Source of the DNA: Acidimicrobiia bacterium
GTDB lineage: Bacteria; Actinomycetota; Acidimicrobiia; Spongiisociales; SHLN01
NCBI GenBank assembly: GCA_041567895.1
Contig: JBFGAX010000005.1
Coordinates: forward strand, 1,818 to 65,817
Direction: 5' to 3'
DNA: 64,000 nucleotides
Each line of letters starts with the position of its first letter. The first letter of the stretch is position 1. Shown here one piece after another: positions 57,271 to 64,000 of this stretch. Under the pieces are notes generated by a model that saw only the letters and a list, made by a program, of their open reading frames with translations, was not told where the DNA came from and did no database searches. Both the position numbers and the translations under genes were made by a program.

Positions 57271-58266
57271 TTAGTTCTCGCTGTCCGGGACCGCGCGTTC
57301 CTGGTTGATGACGAACTGATCAAAGAAGAGGTTGTTGTCCAGATTCACTTCGTTCTCGACTCCGACCACGGAGGCCTCGAGGCTGTACTGCGCCCCGGGC
57401 ACGACCGTGATAGAAAAAGACTCCGTGGTAGACGCACCCGCAGCTAGCGAGGCGATGGTTGCGGACTCACTGATCGCAGCCGATCCGCTGATCCTCATCG
57501 TGAGCTCGATCCCGGTCTCGACTTCATTGCCAACATTCTGAATGGCAACCTGAAGATCAATCGACTCGGTCAGCGGAATGATCGATACACCGACCTCGTT
57601 CTGCGCAAGCGGTCTCGGATCGAGGCGGACGGACGCTATTGCCAGGTCACGGCGCAGACCGATATCAGGCGCAACGCTCACCCGCGCGATCAAGATATCG
57701 GTGTTGATCAACGGTCCGGCAAGCTGAACGCGCGGGAGATCGGGTGGCACCGTGTCGAGTGTTTCGCCAAGAGCCGGCAATCGATCCACGAACGATCGGT
57801 AGGACCGGTCACCGATCCGAAGGAGCAACACCGCCTCGGCGATGCTGTCTGCGGCATCTACGTCGCCGTCTGCGTAACCCACCAACCCTTGCCGAAGGCG
57901 ATCAACGCCATCTCCCCATGACTCGGTTGCAAGAAGTAGCCGGGCGTGCTCGAGTGTCGCTTCTGCGGGAACTTCAACCTGCTGCAGGTCCTGGACCACA
58001 CCGGCCAGGAGATCTTGCATGGCATCGAATGACCCTTGCAGCGCGGGGCGTTCGATCGCTCCGAGACGGGAAGTCAGATCTGCGAGTTCGCCACTGACAC
58101 GGTCGACCGTCGACATCGAGCTAGAAGCTGTATTGAGGTAGGCCGAGAGCACTCGACTCTTGGTTCGTACGTTGGTCACGAGAACAGCCACGATGATCGC
58201 GGCAATACCGACAGCCAACAACAGCGGCCATCGCCTGCGACGACGGGGAGGGGGACCCAGCAACAT
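57271..58266 (-). CDS. Membrane-anchored hypothetical protein with C-terminal CARDB/Ig-like domain
   Basis: N-terminal TM, helical region, V.IQNVG...LAAGAS...E.NLDNN. Confidence 0.7.
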   Translation of the reverse strand: MLLGPPPRRRRRWPLLLAVGIAAIIVAVLVTNVRTKSRVLSAYLNTASSSMSTVDRVSGELADLTSRLGAIERPALQGSFDAMQDLLAGVVQDLQQVEVPAEATLEHARLLLATESWGDGVDRLRQGLVGYADGDVDAADSIAEAVLLLRIGDRSYRSFVDRLPALGETLDTVPPDLPRVQLAGPLINTDILIARVSVAPDIGLRRDLAIASVRLDPRPLAQNEVGVSIIPLTESIDLQVAIQNVGNEVETGIELTMRISGSAAISESATIASLAAGASTTESFSITVVPGAQYSLEASVVGVENEVNLDNNLFFDQFVINQERAVPDSEN

Positions 58267-58431
58267 GCTGGCGTGATCCTATCGAGGCCAACAGGCGACG
58301 CCTCCGGGTAGGCGTCGGAGAACGTAATTTCGACCGCGGTATTTCAATCTGCGCCTGACGAGTCCCCCCTCGCCGATGTCTCTCGAAAACTGCACCCATC
58401 AGCTAGTAACCTGGCGCCGCTTCAGTTACTC

Positions 58432-58515
58432 GGGCGAGTGGCGGAATTGGTAGACGCGCAGGCTTCAGGTGCCTGTGAGCTTCGGCTCGTGGAGGTTCAA
58501 GTCCTCTCTCGCCCA
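58432..58515 (+). tRNA. tRNA-Leu(CAG)
   Basis: GGGCGAG acceptor stem, anticodon arm CAGGC-TTCAGGT-GCCTG, variable arm. Confidence 0.96.
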
Positions 58516-58554
58516 CGACGGTTGACCACAGGAACAAGATCTCCCGACGCCGCT

Positions 58555-59028
58555 TCAGGCTTCAGGCAACAGCCTCGTCATGCAAACGCTGTTTGGGTTG
58601 TCTGTGTAGTCGGCGAATGGTTCACAGACCTCGAAACCCAGTGATTGGAACAGAGCGCGCGCAGGTTCGAAGGCGGGCTGAGTTCCGGTTTCCAGACTGA
58701 GACGTTTCATTCCCCGTTCACGGGCGACTCCCATCACGCGTTCGAGCATGAATTTTGCGACGCCCTGGCCCCGGTGTTCAGAAGCAGTGTGGATCGACTT
58801 GATCTCGGCGTGGCGTTCGCCGAGATCCCGGAGTGCAGCCATCGCGACCGGAACGCCCTGGCGACGCGCCGTGAAAAAGGAGACATCATCGGTTCCGAGT
58901 GCCTCCGATCCGAGAGCGTGAACGTGGCCTGGCGGCGTATGCGTCCTGGCGAACGTGAGGTGAGCATCGATCAGGCTCTGACATTCAGGGAGTTCAGGAT
59001 CATCAGCATCAAAGTGAAGGTCGACCAT
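58555..59028 (-). CDS. GNAT acetyltransferase (YsnE-like)
   Basis: HVHAL, EIKSIHT..HRGQGVA, LSLETG, PFADY.DNPNS.CM; true start is well inside the 330-aa ORF. Confidence 0.85.
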   Translation of the reverse strand: MVDLHFDADDPELPECQSLIDAHLTFARTHTPPGHVHALGSEALGTDDVSFFTARRQGVPVAMAALRDLGERHAEIKSIHTASEHRGQGVAKFMLERVMGVARERGMKRLSLETGTQPAFEPARALFQSLGFEVCEPFADYTDNPNSVCMTRLLPEA

Positions 59029-59130
59029 GGCCTTCATTCTGCCCTGAGCCGCTTCGTTGTCGAGAGGTAAACGGAATACAGCCACCACACCTGGCGTTTT
59101 GATCCGTGAACACGAAGAGGGACGAGACTC

Positions 59131-59583
59131 ATGCCGGAATTCACGATCACGAGGACCATTGAAGCGCCGTTGAGCGTTGTCTGGGACGTACTCCACGACT
59201 TTGGCGATATCCAACGATGGAATCCAGGCGTGAAAGAATCCGGTTTGACCTCCGACGGACCTGTGACCGAGGGCTCTACGCGATTCTGCGAGCTGGCTCC
59301 GTTTGGGGGCGTTGAAGAACGTGTCGACCATCACGAGCCTCACAAGCGCCTGAAAATCAACATCTTCAAGACCCGCAAACTTCCGATTTCGAATGCTTCC
59401 GCCGATTTCCATATCGAGGAAAGCGGAGACGGAACCGAGCTGAGGCTGCATTACAGCTATACGCCCAATCTCATGGGGCGGGTGTTGAAAGGTTTCGTCG
59501 ACAAGCAGATGCGCAAAGGTATTGCCGGACTGGCCAAGAGCCTGCAAACCGAAAGCGAACGAATGGCGGCAGGCAAAGCCTGA
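59131..59583 (+). CDS. SRPBCC family protein
   Basis: I.AP..VWDVL.DFG.I..WNP.V, GSTR.C. Confidence 0.8.
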   Translation: MPEFTITRTIEAPLSVVWDVLHDFGDIQRWNPGVKESGLTSDGPVTEGSTRFCELAPFGGVEERVDHHEPHKRLKINIFKTRKLPISNASADFHIEESGDGTELRLHYSYTPNLMGRVLKGFVDKQMRKGIAGLAKSLQTESERMAAGKA

Positions 59584-59604
59584 CCAGCATCGGCCTGCCG
59601 GTAG

Positions 59605-60822
59605 TCAGCCGCGCTTGTCGATGAACATCGTGGCAGGTTCTTCGAGAAAGCCCCTGACCGTTTGGACGAAGGTTGCTGCGTCCCACCCATCGATGACGCG
59701 ATGATCGAACGCTGAAGACAGGTTCATCATCTTCCGCGGTGAGAACGTAACGCCGTCCCATGCCGGGCGGATCTGAACCTTGTTGATGCCGACAATTGCC
59801 ACCTCGGGATGGTTGATCACCGGCGTTGAAACGATTCCCCCGAGAGAGCCGAGCGATGAAATGGTGATGGTCGAGCCTTTCAAATCTGCCGGAGAAGACT
59901 TGCCCTTTTTTGCCGCCTCCGAGACTCGCGCCAGCTCCGCTGCACATGCCCACAGATCAAGCGTCTCGACGTTGCGCACAACAGGCACCAGCAGCCCGGA
60001 TGGAGTCTGGGTCGCAATACCGATGTGAACGGCCGAATCTTGTTCGATCACACCGCGATCATCGTCGAATCGAGCATTGACCCTGGGATGCTCGGAAATC
60101 GCGCGGGCTATGGCGATCATGACAAACGGAAGAATCGAGATTCGGGTCTTTCTCTCGTCGCGATTGAGGGTCTCCCGAAGCGTCTGGAGAGCAGTGACAT
60201 CGATCTCCTCCACGTAGGTGATGTGTGGAATTCGCGACTTGGAACGCGACATCTGGTCCGCGATAGCACGCCGGATCCCGACCACAGGTACTTCCGTGAC
60301 CGTGCTCGAGGGAGAAACCTCTACGTCGCCGAGGACCCGATCGAGATCTCCGTGAGTCACCCGGCCTTGCGGTCCTGTGCCCTGGATCGAGCTCAGATCG
60401 ATTCCGGCTTCCTTGGCGCGACGACGTACCGGTGGTGTGGCCGTAGGTCGGGTCGGCGGAACCATGCTCCCCGCCTGCTCGAGGTCGGTCGGGTCGACCG
60501 GTGCGGGTTCGACGGAGGGTTCCTCGGCCGCAGCAGGCGGCGGTGCGATGGACTCCAACTCCGGAGGCGGTGCGCTCTCACCGTTCGGTCGGAGTATGAC
60601 CAGTTCAGCACCCACCGCGAGGCGTTCGCCAGGTGAACCGTGCAAGGAAACCACCACGCCGGAAATGGGACTCGGGAGTTCGATACTCACCTTGTCGGTC
60701 ACGACTTCAGCTAGACGCTGATCGGCTTCGACTTGATCGCCGACTTCGACGAACCAGGAAACGAGTTCGGCCTCGGCAACTCCCTCCCCCACATCGGGCA
60801 CCTTGAAGACATAGTCGCTCAC
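59605..60822 (-). CDS. bkdB: Branched-chain 2-oxoacid dehydrogenase E2 (dihydrolipoamide acyltransferase)
   Basis: PDVGEG lipoyl domain with TDK, E3-binding GTGPQGRV, FDHRVIDG. Confidence 0.9.
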   Translation of the reverse strand: MSDYVFKVPDVGEGVAEAELVSWFVEVGDQVEADQRLAEVVTDKVSIELPSPISGVVVSLHGSPGERLAVGAELVILRPNGESAPPPELESIAPPPAAAEEPSVEPAPVDPTDLEQAGSMVPPTRPTATPPVRRRAKEAGIDLSSIQGTGPQGRVTHGDLDRVLGDVEVSPSSTVTEVPVVGIRRAIADQMSRSKSRIPHITYVEEIDVTALQTLRETLNRDERKTRISILPFVMIAIARAISEHPRVNARFDDDRGVIEQDSAVHIGIATQTPSGLLVPVVRNVETLDLWACAAELARVSEAAKKGKSSPADLKGSTITISSLGSLGGIVSTPVINHPEVAIVGINKVQIRPAWDGVTFSPRKMMNLSSAFDHRVIDGWDAATFVQTVRGFLEEPATMFIDKRG

Positions 60823-61836
60823 TCAAACCTCCATGACGTCGGACATCACAGCCTTTACCCGGTCCGGCCCTGGGAAGTAATCCCATTCCTGAGCGTGCGG
60901 GTATGGAGTGTCCCAACCGGTGACCCGCCTGATCGGCGCTTCGAGGTGAAAGAAGGCCTCTTCCTGAACGATGGCCGCCAGCTCTGCTCCGAAACCGGAT
61001 GTTCGCGTTGCCTCGTGTACCACGAGGCATCTGCCCGTCTTCTTCACCGACTCGATGATGAGGTCCGTGTCGAGGGGCACCAGCGTTCGAAGATCTATGA
61101 CCTCGGCGTCGATGCCCGCTTCTTCGGCGGCAGTCAAGGCGACATACACCATGGTTCCATACGCAAGCACCGTGAGATCGTTCCCATGCCTGCGTATTGC
61201 TGCCTTGCCGAGAGGCACCGTGTAGTGCCCTTCGGGCACCTCTGCTGATTCGTGTTTCGACCAGGGAACGACGGGTCGGTCGTAATGACCGTCGAACGGT
61301 CCGTTGTACAGACGCTTCGGTTCCAGGAACATCACCGGGTCGTTGTCTTCGATGGAGGCGAGTAGGAGACCCTTGGCGTCGTAAGGATTAGACGGAACGA
61401 CCGTCTTGAGTCCTGCAACGTGGGTGAAGAGCGCTTCCGGGCTCTGCGAGTGGGTTTGGCCTCCATAGATGCCCCCGCCCGTCGGCATCCGGACCGTCAT
61501 CGGCACTGTGAAATCTCCAACGGATCGATGGCGAATTCGAGCAGCTTCCGAGACAATCTGGTCGTACGCGGGGTACATGTAGTCGGCAAACTGAATCTCC
61601 ACGCACGGTCGAAGGCCGTTGGCCGCCATCCCGATCGCGGCGCCGACGATGCCGAGCTCACTGATCGGTGAATCGAAACACCGGTGCTTTCCGAACTTCT
61701 TCTGCAAGCCCTGCGTACATCGAAACACGCCGCCAAAGTGTCCGACGTCTTCGCCAAAGACCACGACGGCGTCGTCTGCCTCCATCGCCACGAAATGGGC
61801 ATCCCGGATGGATTCGATCATGGTCATTCTCGCCAT
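60823..61836 (-). CDS. bkdA2: Branched-chain 2-oxoacid dehydrogenase E1 beta
   Basis: GEDVGHFGGVFR, EIQFADY, GGQTHSQSPE, EPKRLYNGPFDG. Confidence 0.92.
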   Translation of the reverse strand: MARMTMIESIRDAHFVAMEADDAVVVFGEDVGHFGGVFRCTQGLQKKFGKHRCFDSPISELGIVGAAIGMAANGLRPCVEIQFADYMYPAYDQIVSEAARIRHRSVGDFTVPMTVRMPTGGGIYGGQTHSQSPEALFTHVAGLKTVVPSNPYDAKGLLLASIEDNDPVMFLEPKRLYNGPFDGHYDRPVVPWSKHESAEVPEGHYTVPLGKAAIRRHGNDLTVLAYGTMVYVALTAAEEAGIDAEVIDLRTLVPLDTDLIIESVKKTGRCLVVHEATRTSGFGAELAAIVQEEAFFHLEAPIRRVTGWDTPYPHAQEWDYFPGPDRVKAVMSDVMEV

Positions 61837-63062
61837 GTCATACCTTCCAGAAGATCTCGTTGTTTTTGCAGATGAGGAGGGATTTTTTCATACACGCCCT
61901 CAAAGATGTCCCTTGTGGGCTTCGGCCCTTCGTGAAGTGTGCCGTGGGATTCGGCCTCAGCTTGAGCAACCCGAACCTCTTCCTCGATGCTGTCCGCCAA
62001 TTCCTGCTGACGCTCGGCCGACCACTCGCCGAGTTCGATCAAGTGATTGGCCAGCCGTTCGATGGGATCGCCGAGTGGCCATATGGCCGCCTCATTCGGC
62101 GGTCGATACGCCGAGGGATCATCCGAAGACGAATGCGCCGCGGCGCGATAGGTGACCCATTCGATCAAGGTCGGCCCCAGGCCCCGACGGGCGCGCTCGA
62201 GGGCCCATTCGGCGGTCGAGTGCGAGGCGAGATAATCGTTGCCATCTACCCGAAGGGCCGGAATCCCGAAACCGATGCCCTTTGCTGCGAACGTATCCGC
62301 TCGACCCCGCGCCAGCGATTGATGGGACGAAATCGCCCATTGGTTGTTCACAATATTGAGGACAACGGGGGCCTGGTAGGTCGATGCGAAAACCATCGCC
62401 GAGTGAAAATCCGATTCGGCCGTCGCACCGTCTCCGATCCACCCCGCGGCGATATTGCTTTCGCCCTTGATCGAGGCAGCCATCGCCCAGCCGACCGCCT
62501 GGATGAACTGCGTCGCAAGATTGCCCGAGATCGTAAAAAAGCCGTGCTCACGAGAGGAATACATGATCGGTAGCTGACGCCCTTTGATCGGATCTTCCTC
62601 GTTCGAATAGACCTGATTCATCATGTCGACCATCGGATATCCGTGGGCGATGAGGAGACCTTGTTGCCGATACGTCGGGAAGTTCATGTCAGAGTCCGCC
62701 ATCGCAGCACGGAACGCACATGCAATCGCCTCCTCACCAAGGCATTGCATGTAAAACGAGGTCTTCCCCTGTCTCTGTGCGGCCATCATGCGCCGATCGA
62801 ATTCACGAACTCTCATCATGTCTGTGAGACCCTTGATGAGCTGGGCAGCCGTGAGATCGGACTGCCAGGGCCCGGTGGCCTTATTGTCGTCGCCGAGAAC
62901 CCGGATCAAGCCATCGGCTAAATCGCGTATCTCCCTCGGCTCGGCATCGATGTCCGGGCGACGTGTTTCACCTGCTCCGGGTATATCCATTCCGCTGAAA
63001 TCTGGATCGTCGCCGGGTCTGAACCTTGGCTCGGGGATTGTCAGTCGGGGACGTTGGGCCAT
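61824..63062 (-). CDS. bkdA1: Branched-chain 2-oxoacid dehydrogenase E1 alpha
   Basis: QRQGKTSFY, PTYRQQG, GDGATAE..NNQWAIS TPP-binding motif, HSSSDDP. Confidence 0.92.
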   Translation of the reverse strand: MAQRPRLTIPEPRFRPGDDPDFSGMDIPGAGETRRPDIDAEPREIRDLADGLIRVLGDDNKATGPWQSDLTAAQLIKGLTDMMRVREFDRRMMAAQRQGKTSFYMQCLGEEAIACAFRAAMADSDMNFPTYRQQGLLIAHGYPMVDMMNQVYSNEEDPIKGRQLPIMYSSREHGFFTISGNLATQFIQAVGWAMAASIKGESNIAAGWIGDGATAESDFHSAMVFASTYQAPVVLNIVNNQWAISSHQSLARGRADTFAAKGIGFGIPALRVDGNDYLASHSTAEWALERARRGLGPTLIEWVTYRAAAHSSSDDPSAYRPPNEAAIWPLGDPIERLANHLIELGEWSAERQQELADSIEEEVRVAQAEAESHGTLHEGPKPTRDIFEGVYEKIPPHLQKQRDLLEGMTWRE

Positions 63063-63241
63063 CAAATCTCCAGTGATGCAGGGATTTCTTTCTCCAATGT
63101 TACGACGTTGGACGAAACTGGCTTGGAGGGGGTGCTCTCCAAGCGGCAGGGTCGTGAGCGCAATAGTCGCCGCCTCGAGATTTGATGGCAGTTCTCACGC
63201 TTCACCGCGTTACCGTATGGCTCGGTCTAGCCGGAGGTCAC

Positions 63242-63880
63242 GTGGCAATCGCTCGAAGCCTGGAAAGGAAAATAGAACGGCTCGTTGAGGGCGTTGGCGC
63301 TCGCCTTTTCGGTGGAGGGCTCGATGTTCTGGAGGTGGCGAGTCGCATCGTGCGAGAAGCAGACCTCAACGTCACGCACGACGCAGTCGGACCTGTCGCC
63401 CCTAATCACTTCGATGTCTTCGTCGCAGACGGCGAAACCAGTTCATCAGCCCAGCTCAACGAAGTCGTTGAGGAGGCCGCTCGCGAGAATGGCTGGCGCC
63501 TCAAGGGACCGGCGGATGTCGTCATCGTGGTTGATCCGAACATGTCTGCAGGTTCGGTTGCAATCGAGAGTGCAACCGTTCCCGGACATCGTGCGGCGTG
63601 GGCGTATCTGGAGTCGGTACGGGACCAACGGCGAATTCCGATCCGTATGAACCGGGCGCTGATAGGGCGTAGCCGCTCGGCTGATGTCGTTCTTGCCGAC
63701 CTCGAGATATCGCGAGGACAAGCGATCCTCTGGACCGAGCAAGGCTCCGTGTGGCTATACGACATCGGTTCAGCAAATGGCACGGCCGTCAATGGGCAAC
63801 GAGTCACAGATGCCACCCGGATAGCAGATGGCGATCTCCTGACATTCGGCACCGCCTCGTTTCACCTTCGAACGCTCTAA
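63242..63880 (+). CDS. fhaA: FhaA (DUF3662 plus FHA domain)
   Basis: ERKIERLVEG, APN.F, IGRS, SR, GSANGT.VNG; GGAGG SD before GTG 63242. Confidence 0.88.
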   Translation: MAIARSLERKIERLVEGVGARLFGGGLDVLEVASRIVREADLNVTHDAVGPVAPNHFDVFVADGETSSSAQLNEVVEEAARENGWRLKGPADVVIVVDPNMSAGSVAIESATVPGHRAAWAYLESVRDQRRIPIRMNRALIGRSRSADVVLADLEISRGQAILWTEQGSVWLYDIGSANGTAVNGQRVTDATRIADGDLLTFGTASFHLRTL

Positions 63881-64000
63881 TGCCTCCGATCATCGCCAAC
63901 CTTCTGAAAATTGCCTTCATCGGTCTCATGTATCTGTTCCTCTGGCTCGTGAGTCGATCCATCGGCTCCCATCTCGGTGGGGATGCGGGGGTGCCGGTTC
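63880..64000 (+). CDS. FhaB/FipA-like protein, N-terminal TM segment (partial)
   Basis: MPPIIANLLKIAFIGLMYLFLWLVSRSI; TAATG overlap with fhaA. Confidence 0.7.
   Translation, partial: MPPIIANLLKIAFIGLMYLFLWLVSRSIGSHLGGDAGVPV

Overview
GC-rich bacterial chromosome segment with the gene repertoire and order of an Actinomycetota genome, most likely class Acidimicrobiia (inference from WhiB, SigK/RskA, fhaA-fhaB next to tRNA-Leu(CAG), ask-asd, leaderless starts and GDWDGDG-repeat secreted proteins). It is mostly housekeeping: ridA, erpA, mrp, selA-selB, lysC-asd, ybaB-recR, dnaX, large NAD-glutamate dehydrogenase, pckA, pfkA, glnD, sufE/sseA, tadA, serS, a branched-chain 2-oxoacid dehydrogenase operon and fhaA/fhaB. 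There are 7 tRNAs (Pro-CGG, Arg-ACG, all four Ser isoacceptors, Leu-CAG) and an SRP RNA with a UAAC tetraloop. I see no integrase, transposase, CRISPR array or recognisable defence system. The most notable items are: (1) tRNA-linked repeats behind three tRNAs that carry an antisense copy of the host tRNA's own T-arm and small hairpins, two of them also with a second copy of the tRNA 3' end; (2) a single in-frame amber codon in an otherwise intact 1579-codon GDH gene; (3) a 4-repeat GDWDGDG module shared by four secreted hydrolases from three enzyme families; (4) proteobacterial-type bkd genes lying between tRNA-Leu and fhaA; (5) a local inversion of ybaB-recR relative to dnaX. All family calls come from motif recognition by eye, not from database searches.
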